Below, in pieces: positions 41,066-51,030 of a DNA stretch of 64,000 nt. The stretch comes from an uncultured Chloroflexia bacterium. Lineage in GTDB: Bacteria; Chloroflexota; Anaerolineae; Anaerolineales; Villigracilaceae. The stretch is taken from assembly GCA_963850945.1 (NCBI GenBank), contig CAWKNE010000008.1, positions 160,812-224,811 of the forward strand. Direction: 5' to 3'. The position numbers and the translations under genes are program-made. Under the pieces are notes generated by a model, which saw only the letters and a list, made by a program, of their open reading frames with translations, was not told the origin of the DNA and searched no databases. Numbering within the stretch: position 1 is the stretch's first letter; the number at the start of each line of letters is the position of its first letter.

Positions 41066-42148
41066 TTATTCGTCTCCAAACGAAATTCCCATGCCGCGCG
41101 CGGTGATGACCGCATCCTCGTTAAGATCAACCCGGCGAGGAACAGCCAGCGCTTCTTCAAGGGTCACATCGGTGATCTGACCGGAGCGTAACGCAACCAT
41201 GCGATCAAAGCCGCCGCGCGCCGCGAGCCTGACGGCGGCTGCACCGTAGCGCGTCGCCAGCCATCGGTCAAATGCGGTGGGCGTGCCGCCCCGCTGTAAA
41301 TGACCCAGCACCGTCACGCGTGTTTCAAACCCCTGCTTTTCAATGTATTCTCCCACCATGTGACCAATCCCGCCCAAACGCGGCACGTAGATTTCATCCC
41401 CGCTACGCGAGAAGACCTCTGTCCCACCCAACGGCTCGGCTCCTTCTGAAACCGCGAGGATGCTGAACAAACTCCCGTGCTCGACGCGCTGATAAATCTT
41501 TGAAAGAACGGCTTCAAACTTAAAGGGGATTTCAGGGATCAAGATCACGTCCGCACCGCCAGATATTCCAGCGTGCAAAGCAATGAAGCCAGCCTCGCGT
41601 CCCATCAACTCGAGCACCATCACGCGATGATGCGCTTCCGCCGTGGTATGCAGGCGGTCAATCGCTTCCGTTGCAATGTTGAGGGCAGTATCGAAACCAA
41701 AGGTCACTTCGGTGCCGCCAATGTCGTTGTCTATCGTTTTGGGAACGCCGATCACAGGGATTCCTTTTTGATATAGCTCGTGTGCAATACGCAACGTGCC
41801 ATCCCCACCGAGGACAAGCAAAGCATCCATTTCAGATTGCTTCATGGAATGGATAAGCTCATCCGATTCGTCAACTGTAACCTCTTTGCCATTCTGCATA
41901 ACCTTGCGGCCAAAAGGGTTTCCACGGTTGGCCGCGCCGAGGATGGTTCCACCGCGAGGCAAAATTCCGCTCACCTCGTTCAATCCCAAAGGGACAATCC
42001 CCTTGTCTTTCAAAAATCCGTCATACCCATCCAGCACTCCATGGACTTCACATCCATATTGCAGGATGGCTGTTTTCACTGCCGCACGAATCACAGCATT
42101 CAGACCGGGCGCGTCGCCACCGCCCGTCAAGATCCCAACCCGTTTCAT
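41066..42148 (-). CDS. pfkA: 6-phosphofructokinase (PfkA family; ATP- or PPi-dependent not resolvable)
   Basis: Contains VGILTGGGDAPGLNAVIRA, GGDGT and PKTIDND motifs. Confidence 0.85.
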   Translation of the reverse strand: MKRVGILTGGGDAPGLNAVIRAAVKTAILQYGCEVHGVLDGYDGFLKDKGIVPLGLNEVSGILPRGGTILGAANRGNPFGRKVMQNGKEVTVDESDELIHSMKQSEMDALLVLGGDGTLRIAHELYQKGIPVIGVPKTIDNDIGGTEVTFGFDTALNIATEAIDRLHTTAEAHHRVMVLELMGREAGFIALHAGISGGADVILIPEIPFKFEAVLSKIYQRVEHGSLFSILAVSEGAEPLGGTEVFSRSGDEIYVPRLGGIGHMVGEYIEKQGFETRVTVLGHLQRGGTPTAFDRWLATRYGAAAVRLAARGGFDRMVALRSGQITDVTLEEALAVPRRVDLNEDAVITARGMGISFGDE

Positions 42149-42243
42149 AGACAGTTCTCCTTAGCTAACAAGCTATTTGTTTTTATCATACTCCAATCCA
42201 TATCTTTCTTGCTTTTCGCAGACAATACCCATATAATCATCCC

Positions 42244-43092
42244 ATGATAGAACAAAAGCCTGCATCCCGATTACACACTTTGACAAAGTGGCTTGTTCCC
42301 ATCGCGGCTATCATCGCGGTCAGCGCATGGATCTATATCGCACCGCCCGGCTTGATGGGAAAACTGGATGCAATTGCTTATGCAGTCTGCCATCGGCTTT
42401 CATCTCACTCGCTCTTTGTGGATGGCATTCAATTTCCTTTGTGTGCGCGTTGCACGGGCGAATTCAACGCGGCGGCCATCGCATTGATCCTTCAGGGATT
42501 TATCAGCCGTAAGAAGAGCAAACTTCCCAATCGCGGCATCATCGCCGTGCTGATTCTTTTCTTCCTCGCTTTTGCGATAGACGGAAGCAACTCCTATCTC
42601 GCACTGCTCAAACAATCATACGGCAGCGGCAGTCTTTTAGATAAAATTCCCAATCTTTACGTTACTACGAATGTGGAGAGAGTCTTTACCGGAAGCGGTA
42701 TGGGAATTGCGATCGCCAGCGTTTTGTATCCGATGTATAACCAGACGATCTGGCGCGTGCCCGAAGATCAGCCCGCCCTCGAATGGCCTCAATTCGGACT
42801 TTTAGTCGGCATCGTACTCCTGTTCGACTTTGGCGCTTTGAGCCATCTGGATCCAATTTTATATTTCATTGCAATCCTCAGCACGCTGGGAGTCGTCGCT
42901 TTACTAACGATGGTCTTTAGTATTGCCTGGGTCATGATCGTGAAACAAGATAACGCCTTCGATCATCTGCGCCAATTATGGATTCCCGCGGTGGCAGGCT
43001 TGGCTCTGGCTTTTGTCCTCATCGTCGGCATTGACCTGTTCCAATTCAATCTTACTCATACTTGGACCGGCTTTCCCGGATTAACTGGATAA
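42244..43092 (+). CDS. DUF2085-family membrane protein
   Basis: Contains CHRLSSHSLFVDGIQFPLCARCTG followed by several TM helices. Confidence 0.65.
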   Translation: MIEQKPASRLHTLTKWLVPIAAIIAVSAWIYIAPPGLMGKLDAIAYAVCHRLSSHSLFVDGIQFPLCARCTGEFNAAAIALILQGFISRKKSKLPNRGIIAVLILFFLAFAIDGSNSYLALLKQSYGSGSLLDKIPNLYVTTNVERVFTGSGMGIAIASVLYPMYNQTIWRVPEDQPALEWPQFGLLVGIVLLFDFGALSHLDPILYFIAILSTLGVVALLTMVFSIAWVMIVKQDNAFDHLRQLWIPAVAGLALAFVLIVGIDLFQFNLTHTWTGFPGLTG

Positions 43093-43101
43093 GAAATCAC
43101 A

Positions 43102-43668
43102 ATGGATGTATTGCTCGGAATCTTTTCAGCGTTTGGGCTTTCAGCCAGTGCAGGCTTGAATGCATACATCCCGCTTTTGGTCATCGGTGTGATCGCGCAT
43201 TACACCAACCTCATCAAACTTAATCCGCCGTATGATGCGCTTGCCAATCCGTATATTTTGATTTTGATCGGCATCCTGCTCATCATCGAAATGCTGGCGG
43301 ATAAAATTCCGGTTGCAAATCATATCAATGATTTGATCCAAACTTTTGTGCGTCCCGTAGCCGGAGCGATTGTGTTTGCGGCAAGCACAAAAGTGGTAAA
43401 CATCAATCCGATCATTGCATTAGCTTGCGGATTGCTGATCGCTGGTAGTGTGCATGTGGTCAAATCCGCGGCCGTCCGCCCCATGGTCACAGCCACGACC
43501 GCCGGCACGGGAAATGTGCCGGTCAGCATTGCGGAAGATATTACGTCAACAGTCGTATCTCTTTTGTCCATCCTCGCTCCGATTGCCATTGCCGTTTTGA
43601 TTATCATTGCCATTGTGTTGCTAATATGGTGGTGGGCACGTCGAACGAGTAAAAAGGAAACCGCCTGA
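43102..43668 (+). CDS. DUF4126-family membrane protein
   Basis: Contains GLSASAGLNAYIPLLVIGV. Polytopic. Confidence 0.6.
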   Translation: MDVLLGIFSAFGLSASAGLNAYIPLLVIGVIAHYTNLIKLNPPYDALANPYILILIGILLIIEMLADKIPVANHINDLIQTFVRPVAGAIVFAASTKVVNINPIIALACGLLIAGSVHVVKSAAVRPMVTATTAGTGNVPVSIAEDITSTVVSLLSILAPIAIAVLIIIAIVLLIWWWARRTSKKETA

Positions 43669-43698
43669 GTGCGGAAACCAAATTCTCTGGAGGCATAA

Positions 43699-43881
43699 AT
43701 GAATGACCAAAATCAACCCATGGATTTCAATCCCGGTCCCACGCCGACCCCGACGAAGAAAAACAACACAACTCTAATCATTGTTATCATTGTGGTTGTT
43801 GTTTTATGTTGTTGTTGCGTTGTCGGCGTCCTTGGCTGGCAGTACGGTGATCAAGTTTTAAAAGCCCTCGGGATTGGATAA
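43699..43881 (+). CDS. Small single-pass membrane protein with CCCC in the TM segment (hypothetical)
   Basis: 60-aa ORF with TM segment LIIVIIVVVVLCCCCVVGVLGW. Confidence 0.35.
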   Translation: MNDQNQPMDFNPGPTPTPTKKNNTTLIIVIIVVVVLCCCCVVGVLGWQYGDQVLKALGIG

Positions 43882-43903
43882 TAACCAGTAAGCACAACGG
43901 TCT

Positions 43904-44369
43904 CTATATTAGCGAGGGCCGTTGTGCTTGAAATAATACCTGAAGTAGTCTCAGGGCACTCAAAGCGCTTTCTCGATCTCCAGAGTTCAAGCGTAAATCA
44001 TCGAACTCATCTTCGTCGAGCACGGTTTGTTTTCCATCGGCTGAAACCCACAAGTCCAGCGCGAGATCAACATACGATACCGCGCCATCGGTCAACACCG
44101 CGGGCTTGCCAACGTTGCAATACCAGCCCTTGAGCTTGCCATCATCACGGTCATAAATCTCAAAGATGTTATACCAACGGTCGGTATAAAACGTTTCAAC
44201 AAAACGATCGCCCTCCTTGAACACCACATCCATAAACGGCATATCGGGGCGATTGAAAAACGCTTCCAACACAACCGCATTCGGTTCGCGGCGCAACACC
44301 TGCCCCTCATATTGCCATGTTATCTCGTCCTTTAGATTTTTCTTTAAAACTTTAATAGCATTCTTTCAT
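43904..44369 (-). CDS. DUF402-family protein (FomD/Ntdp-type nucleoside di/triphosphatase fold); apparent frame break near 44358
   Basis: Contains WYNIFEIYDRDDGKLKGWYCNVGKP...VSYVDLALDLWV. The frame is open to KNAIKVLKKNLKDEITWQYEG, and the ATG at 44369 (another frame) overlaps the thiQ TGA as ATGA. Confidence 0.6.
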
Positions 44370-45365
44370 CGCAGACATTCCAACTTAATTTTGATTTCAA
44401 GCATTTGCCCGACCTTCGGCTCGTCCTTTATATAAAAATACAGACCATCATCCAGCGTGACTTTGAATTTATCTTGCTGGAAGACTACATCCACGACGCG
44501 ACCGCGAATTTGATTCACTTCATTCCCCAATTCCAAGGGGCGCACTAACAACTGGACTTTTTCTCCCGCCTGATGCTTGTGTTTGCATGCCATTGAAAAA
44601 GTACCGATCTTCGTCTCCACTTTCTTTCCATTAACTACTTGCCCTTCAATCACATTTCCCAATCCAAGAAATTGCGCGACCCAAACTGAATTTGGCATTG
44701 ACCAAACATCCGCAAGAGTTCCTTCCTGAACAATTCGTCCGTCATGCAAGAGCAAAACACGGTCGGCGATTGTGAACGCTTCATCCTGATCGTGAGTCAC
44801 ATAAATAGCAGGGATTTGAGTTCGATGAAGGATGCCGCGCAATTCGTTGAGCAGATCTTCGCGCAGGGCGCGATCCAACGCGCCGAGGGGTTCATCGAAC
44901 ATCAGCAAACGCGGATGCGGTGCCAGTGCACGCGCCAACGCCACGCGTTGCTGCTCCCCACCGGATAAGTTCGGTGACTTTGCGATGCTCAAAGCCGGGC
45001 AGATTAACCAATTCCAAAACTTCAATGAGGCGCGTTTTGATTTCATTGCTATTCCAATTCTTCATCTTCAAACCAAAGGCAACGTTGTCGAAAACGTCGA
45101 GATGAGGAAAAAGCGCGTAGTCTTGAAAGACCAGTCCAAAGTCCCGAAGATGAGGCGCTGTGGATGCCAGATCATTTCCATTCCATAGAATTTGTCCCGC
45201 ATCCGCAGATTCAAGTCCGGCAATCATCCGCAGTAAAGTTGATTTGCCACTGCCCGATGAACCAAGCAGGCAAATCGTCTCGCCAGTTCCCACCATAAAT
45301 GAAATACTTTGGAGAAGCGGCTGGGCTTCATACGCTTTATCAATGCCGCGTACTTCGAGCATCAA
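44366..45365 (-). CDS. thiQ: Thiamine-type ABC importer ATPase; apparent frame break around 44900-45040
   Basis: Walker A GSSGSGKST, signature LSGGEQQRVALARAL, Walker B LLMFDEP. Pieces 44892..45365 and 44366..45046. Confidence 0.75.
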
Positions 45366-47022
45366 AATTCTCCCATGCCGGGCAGACGCTGTTTTTCAAT
45401 GAATAGTATGCCAGCCGTTGTGAGTACCATCAAGAGAGTTGCCATCGCCATGGCTTGACCATAATTCAAATCGCCCGGCTGGGATAGAAAATTATAAATG
45501 GCAATGGGAATGGTCGGATAATCGGGACGCGCCAACAGAAGAGTCGCGCCGAACTCGCCGAGTGAAATGGTGAAAGCGAAGGTGGCCGCGCTCAATGTTG
45601 CGCGGCTGAGAATGGGCCAATCCACATTCTGCCAGACGCGAAAAGGCGATGCACCTAAAGTGGTCGCGGCTTGACGCAATCGGTCAGGGATGGATGCGAT
45701 GGCAGGTTGAAGCGTGCGAATCACAAACGGCAACGCAACCAAGGTATGCGCCAATGGAACGATCCACGGCGAAATCAACAAGCGACCGAAGGCGATGATG
45801 AATCCCAATGCAAGCGTCACTGCGGAGGCACCGAGCGGAAGAATCAAAATCGGGTCGAGAATTTTTTCGAGGCGACCGGGTTTGGCAAGCGCAGACGCGG
45901 CGGGAAAGCCAAGCAACAGCGAAAGGATCACGGTTGCGCCCGCATATCCGAATGAATTGAGTGCGGCATTAATCGGCGGAACGTAGAATAGCGTGTTGCG
46001 ACGATTGATGAATAACTCTGTATAATAATCGGTGGTCAAGCCATAATGAATTGGGGTTTGCTGGGCACGGTCAGCTTCGAGGCGAGAAACGGAACGAAGC
46101 GGAAGGGCAAGCATGGGGAGAATAAAAAACGCAAAAAGCAAAACACAAAACGCAAAAACAAAAACTTTTTCTTTGATGGTATTCGCTTTGTGTTGATTAG
46201 TCGAGCGCGGCGCAGACTGAACCGTCACGCGAGTCAAGAGGCGCGTATAAAGGATCGAGAAAGCCAATGTGCAAAGCAATTGAATGAACGCAAGCAGGGC
46301 AGCCACAGGAAGGTTCAACATTTGCAATGCTTGAATGTAAATCTCCACCTCGAGCGATGCAAAAGTCGGGCCGCCAAGCAAAAGGATGACGCCAAAGCTG
46401 GTGAAGTCAAATAAAAAAACAAGTAGCGATGCGGCTAATATCGAAGGACGCAATAAGGGCAAGTCACATTCCACCAGACGCGGCGTTCATTCGCGCCGAG
46501 AGAACGGGCGGCCTGTTCGAGTTTAGGATCGAGCCTGGAAAGTGCGTTGCTGACCACGCGAATCACAATCGTGGTGTTGTAAAAAACATGAGCCAGCAAA
46601 ATCGCGCCCAACGTGCCGACAAATTGAATCGGCGGAGTGCTCCATGAAAATAGATGCATGAACGTGAGATTGATCCAGCCGCGCGGACCGAGCAATGCAT
46701 TGAACCCTGCCGCGACCACAACGGTCGGCAACATAAACGGAACAGTGGTCAGCGCGCGTAAAAGCGATTTGCCGTGAAAATCAAAACGGGCAAAGAGATA
46801 CGCGGACGGCAAACCGATCAGCAATGTGAGGAGGGTTGATAAAGATGCCTGATAAAAAGTAAAAAGTAAAACGTGAAAAGCAAGTTGAAGATTATTCGCT
46901 CTGAGAGTCTCAAAACTCAAACCAAAAGCAAGGATGCGAAGAAATGGATAAAAGAAAAATATACCGAGAAAAGTCAGCGGCGCCAGCCATAGCAAGATAC
47001 GACGGGAAAAAATTGATTTCAT
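45362..47022 (-). CDS. thiP: Thiamine-type ABC importer permease (double-domain, about 553 aa); apparent frame break near 46440-46470
   Basis: Two permease halves. Pieces 46435..47022 and 45362..46474. Overlaps the thiQ start. Confidence 0.7.
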
Positions 47023-47066
47023 TTTTTCGGTAGGGGCGACTGGCCAGTCGCCCCTACATTATTTAT

Positions 47067-48110
47067 TTAATGCAACACCGCGTTCGTCCAGGCTTGGATC
47101 CATGCATCGCGGTTCTTGGAAATATCATCTGCACCCAGCATGGCAGGCTGAGATGGAATCGGCGCAAATTTTGTGAACGCATCCGGCAAAGGAATATTTA
47201 GCGCCACCGGATAAACTGCCATTTGTCCGGGAACATCGGCTTGGAACGATGCGCTCAACATAAAGTCAACAAACTTTTGGGCAAGGGCAAGTTGCTTGGT
47301 CCCTTTGAGGATGCCTACGAATTCAATTTGATGGAAGCAGGTATCGGGTCCGACCACTGCCGCGACCGGCGCATCCGGAATCGGCGTTGGGGCCGACATC
47401 ACGTCATAAGCCGGATCGGTCGCATACGAAACCACCAGCGACTGCGCTCCTTGCCCGGAAGAGCCACTGAAGTTGGTGTAATAAGCCGTTTCCCATCCAT
47501 CCACAACCACCAGACCGTTGGCACGCAATTGCTTCCAATACTCGAGATAGTTCGGGTCTCCAAAATGTTTAATGGTGGCAAACAAAAAGTCAAGCCCGGG
47601 CGAAGATGTGGCCGGGTTTTCCATCACGAGCAAACCTTTGTATTCGGGTTTGATTAAGTCTTCGAGGCTTTGCGGCGCGGAAAGATTGTGCGCGCTGAAA
47701 TAGGCTTTATCGTAGACCACACATACATAGCCGTGATCCACGGGTAAAGCGCGGTCCGATGAGTCGAGTTGAAATTCAGCGGGAATATTCTTCAGCGCAG
47801 GTGAAGCATAGGGCTCGTAAATACCTGCTTCAAGAGCCTCGGAGAGCAACGTGTTGTCCACGCCATAAAGCACATCCGCCAGCGGCGCATCTTTGGAGAG
47901 AATGGCTTTGTTGAGCATCTCACCGGCGTCGCCGCCTTTGACAAATGTTATTTTTACATTATTGGCCTGCTCAAAGGCTTGGATCACATTATCGCTCACG
48001 GCAAACGAGTCGTGAGTTATCACAGTGAGCGATTGCGGCGTCGAAGCTTTCGGCGCGCAAGAGACTAACAGAATCAACGAGACGAGCAAGAGAATCGAAA
48101 AGCGTTTCAT
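47067..48110 (-). CDS. thiB: Thiamine/TPP ABC transporter substrate-binding lipoprotein
   Basis: Lipobox LLVSC. Periplasmic-binding-protein fold, within the TPP-riboswitch operon. Confidence 0.75.
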   Translation of the reverse strand: MKRFSILLLVSLILLVSCAPKASTPQSLTVITHDSFAVSDNVIQAFEQANNVKITFVKGGDAGEMLNKAILSKDAPLADVLYGVDNTLLSEALEAGIYEPYASPALKNIPAEFQLDSSDRALPVDHGYVCVVYDKAYFSAHNLSAPQSLEDLIKPEYKGLLVMENPATSSPGLDFLFATIKHFGDPNYLEYWKQLRANGLVVVDGWETAYYTNFSGSSGQGAQSLVVSYATDPAYDVMSAPTPIPDAPVAAVVGPDTCFHQIEFVGILKGTKQLALAQKFVDFMLSASFQADVPGQMAVYPVALNIPLPDAFTKFAPIPSQPAMLGADDISKNRDAWIQAWTNAVLH

Positions 48111-48158
48111 GGGTTTCCTTTCTATAAACGACGGTGGATGATCAGAAGCAATCCACCT

Positions 48159-48752
48159 TCAATCCTGACTTCGGCAACAGCAGTCCAACATTTCATTGCT
48201 AATGCCGCGTGTCTTTTCGGGATAAAGAGTTTCGTTACTCAGCGGCCAGCGAAGTCCATTCGTACGGATACCTTTGACCGCATCATTCCACGGAAGCAAC
48301 GAAATAATATCTCCGCGTCTTCCTTCAACCTTGGACCGGCCGCGGCAAAAGAAAACTTCCTCCAAACCATCATCGAGGCGGACATCGAAAGTCGCAAGTC
48401 GCGAATCGGAAAGCAGGGCAAGATTGGCGATTGTTTGATCCAGACGATTCCCAAGCGCGGCGATGATAAGAATCGAGGTTGGTTTCTGTTCCAGCGCCTG
48501 GTTCAACGCCAATTCAAAATCGGTCTCGTTCTTATCGCGAGGATATTGAATTATGCTTGCATCGGTTTTCTGCAGCTCCGCATCCGTCACGGAGTTGAGA
48601 TCGCCGATAATAAGATTTGGTTTCAAGCCGAGTGCAAGAGCATAGTGCGTTCCGCCGTCTGCACAAATGATGTAGTCATCGGCTTTAATGAGCGCACGGG
48701 CTTTATCGAGGTCGGGCAATTCGCCATTGGCAAAGATGAGGATGCGAGGCAT
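48159..48752 (-). CDS. thiN: Thiamine pyrophosphokinase
   Basis: Contains ILIFANGE...IICADGG...IIGDLNSV, the TPK pattern. First gene after the riboswitch. Confidence 0.75.
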   Translation of the reverse strand: MPRILIFANGELPDLDKARALIKADDYIICADGGTHYALALGLKPNLIIGDLNSVTDAELQKTDASIIQYPRDKNETDFELALNQALEQKPTSILIIAALGNRLDQTIANLALLSDSRLATFDVRLDDGLEEVFFCRGRSKVEGRRGDIISLLPWNDAVKGIRTNGLRWPLSNETLYPEKTRGISNEMLDCCCRSQD

Positions 48753-48763
48753 GTTATCCTAAA

Positions 48764-48853
48764 CCTCACCTAACCCCACCCTTCCTCCCCTTCCCTCTCC
48801 CAATGGGAGAGGGAAGGGGAGGCGTCACGAAGGGATGGAGGGGATGGGTGAGG
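48764..48853. repeat. GC-rich nested palindromic element (variant A, largest copy, 90 bp) in the thiN 5' UTR
   Basis: CCTCACC...CTCCCCTTCCCTCTCCC-AATG-GGAGAGGGAAGGGGAG-GCGTCACGAAGGGATGGAGGGGATGGGTGAGG. Confidence 0.85.
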
Positions 48854-48854
48854 T

Positions 48855-48886
48855 AAAAAAAGCCATCCTCTGCGGAGGATGGCTTT
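48855..48886 (-). terminator. Riboswitch expression-platform terminator
   Basis: The minus strand reads AAAGCCATCCTC-CGCA-GAGGATGGCTTTTTTT. Confidence 0.75.
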
Positions 48887-48896
48887 GATTAAAGTC

Positions 48897-48988
48897 TATG
48901 TTCCCTCCGCTGGTATTAACCAGATCAGGTAATGCGGGTCGAGCGCTTATACGCTCCTCTCAGCCTGTAATTAGCAGGCTCCCCGTTC
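48897..48988 (-). promoter_or_regulatory. TPP (THI-box) riboswitch
   Basis: The minus strand reads GGGGAGCCTGCTAATTACAGGCTGAGAGGAGCGTATAAGCGCTCGACCCGCATTACCTGATCTGGTTAATACCAGCGGAGGGAA. It contains the conserved CUGAGA and ACCUGAUCUGG-UAAU-CCAGCG cores. Confidence 0.9.
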
Positions 48989-49006
48989 TATAAATTGTAC
49001 AGAACA

Positions 49007-49034
49007 AATATACTCTAAAGTTTTAGAATGTCAA
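49007..49034 (-). promoter_or_regulatory. Sigma-70-type promoter of the thi operon
   Basis: On the minus strand, TTGACA (49034-49029), a 16-nt spacer, then TATATT (49012-49007). Confidence 0.6.
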
Positions 49035-49060
49035 CCTTATGATTCTCTTCAAACGTCATC

Positions 49061-49541
49061 TCAGGCGGCTGTCAGAAGACGGTGCAATTGAAGTTCAGCT
49101 TCGGCCGGGGTAACAGATAGGGAAAAGCCCCATTCCCCAATCAGCGCATCCTGTGTCCGTGCCAATAGCGCCTGATCGTTATCATTCAACGAGCGGACGT
49201 GCCGGTACGTGGACAGGTTGCGAATCACCCGGCAGAGCGATTCAGCGCGGCCATTCTTCAGTAGTTCCGTCAGCAGGGTCTTTCGTTCATGGCGGTCATC
49301 CGGGAGTGGTTCGCCTGGTTTAGAAAGAATCGTCATCAGTTTCTTAAAATCAGCCTTCGAAGTCGGTGGCCGCAGACGAGTTCTCCAGCTTATCATCCGC
49401 TGGAACCCAAACGGTCATATCGCCAATCTGCACCGCATAATACAGCTCTTTCTTTCCGGATAAAACCCGCTCTTCCAAGCGGATGACCTTGCCAAGTCCA
49501 TAGGTCCAGTGCATCACTGTATCACCTTCATGGAAATCCAT
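49061..49541 (-). CDS. CarD/CdnL/TRCF-RID-family transcription factor; apparent frame break near 49355-49395
   Basis: N-terminus FHEGDTVMHWTYGLGKVIRLEERVLSGKKELYYAVQIGDMTVWVP. Pieces 49350..49541 and 49061..49396. Confidence 0.65.
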
Positions 49542-49694
49542 GACTACCTCCTTTACGATCTAATCAATAATAAGAAACACCAGCCCTACAAAAGGACTGG
49601 CGCTCTAAGCCCGTCGATCCCGAGATATGTAATTTGATTATATCATTGATATGCTGATATTCACCTGCCAGTTATCAGACGCAATACATCGCTC

Positions 49695-50894
49695 CTATTT
49701 CGCCAACGCCAATTCCAGATCGGACAAAATGTTGTCGGCGGATTCGATGCCCACGGATAAACGCACCAGCTCATCGGGAATCCCGACGCGGGCGCGTTCT
49801 TCCGCAGTGAGACTGCGATGCGAGGATGTGGCGGGATGCAGAACCAGTGAATACACGTCGCCGAGCGTGGTGGCGGGCAGGCAAATCGTCAGAGATTCCA
49901 TGAAGCGATAAATCTGTGCTTTGTCGGCGCCCTTTATTTCAAACGAGAGCACGCCGCCGTAGCCCTTATCTTCAAATAGTCTCTTCGCCAGAGCGTGTTG
50001 AGGATGATCCGAAAGGCCGGGATAATTGACTTTCTTGACGCGCGGATGTTTCGCAAGCCATTCAGCAACTCGTTGAGCACTTTGACATTGCTGTTTCATC
50101 CGCAGAGGCAGGGTCTTCAAGCCGCGCAAAGCCAGCCAGGCTTCGAACGGACCCAGCACACCGCCGACCAGTTTATTCAACTCGTAAAGTTTGCTTTTAT
50201 TTTCCTTGGAGGTGGCGACCACACCCGCCAGTACATCGCCATGACCCGAGAGATATTTCGTAGCACTGTGAATGACATAATCCGTGCCGTGCTTGATAGG
50301 GTTGACCAGATATGGGGAAGCGAAAGTGCTATCCACCAGTAAAGATGCGCCGTAACGATGGGCAAGTTCAGCCAGAGCCGGGATATCAGCCACCTTCAGC
50401 AGAGGGTTGGAAATCGATTCAACATAAAGCACAACCGCGCCGGTTTCCTTGAGAGCCGCTTCCACTTCCGCATGATCGGTGACGTTCACCATGCGAATGT
50501 TTACAGCCAGGCTTTTGAACAAAGAACGTAAAAGGGAAAAGGTCGCGCCATAGACATCCAGCGCAGCAACGACCGAGGTGCCGGCTTTCACACCGGCGGC
50601 GAGCAAGGAGGCATGGATGGCCGCCATGCCGGAGCCATAAGCCTGCGCGGCTTCCGCCATCTCCAAATCTGCAATTGCGTTTTCGAAGGCTTCCGTGGTG
50701 GGATTGGAATAGCGCAAATAGATTTGGCCGTGTTTGGTGCCCGCAAAGACCGCATCCAGATCGTCCATGCTTTCATACAGGTATCCGACGCTGGGCCAGA
50801 TGGGCGTGGTCACTGGGGTGTAATCGGCAGGCGGCACACGTTCACCCGCATGCACGGCGCGCGTTTGAAATGATTGATGGGAGAGATTTTTCAT
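49695..50894 (-). CDS. Cys/Met-metabolism PLP-dependent enzyme (cystathionine gamma-synthase/lyase or sulfhydrylase family)
   Basis: PLP-lysine motif HSATKYLSGHGD. 399 aa with typical family length and N-terminus (TRAVHAG). Confidence 0.85.
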   Translation of the reverse strand: MKNLSHQSFQTRAVHAGERVPPADYTPVTTPIWPSVGYLYESMDDLDAVFAGTKHGQIYLRYSNPTTEAFENAIADLEMAEAAQAYGSGMAAIHASLLAAGVKAGTSVVAALDVYGATFSLLRSLFKSLAVNIRMVNVTDHAEVEAALKETGAVVLYVESISNPLLKVADIPALAELAHRYGASLLVDSTFASPYLVNPIKHGTDYVIHSATKYLSGHGDVLAGVVATSKENKSKLYELNKLVGGVLGPFEAWLALRGLKTLPLRMKQQCQSAQRVAEWLAKHPRVKKVNYPGLSDHPQHALAKRLFEDKGYGGVLSFEIKGADKAQIYRFMESLTICLPATTLGDVYSLVLHPATSSHRSLTAEERARVGIPDELVRLSVGIESADNILSDLELALAK

Positions 50895-51030
50895 GGTTGA
50901 TCACCTTTCGTTAAATCATAGACAAATTGCAATTGCCCTAGCCGCGTGCCTCTATCCGGTACCGACGGCAGCAACGTCCGCCTCGCGACCCTGAAATCCT
51001 TGAAAAACACAAGTTCTTAGAACACAGGGC

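Noticed and set aside
50895-51030. A SAM or other riboswitch in the 136-nt leader of the Cys/Met PLP-enzyme gene.
   Set aside because: I could not match the leader to the conserved cores of the SAM-I, SAM-II or SAM-IV classes as I remember them. A covariance-model scan (Rfam) would be needed to settle this.
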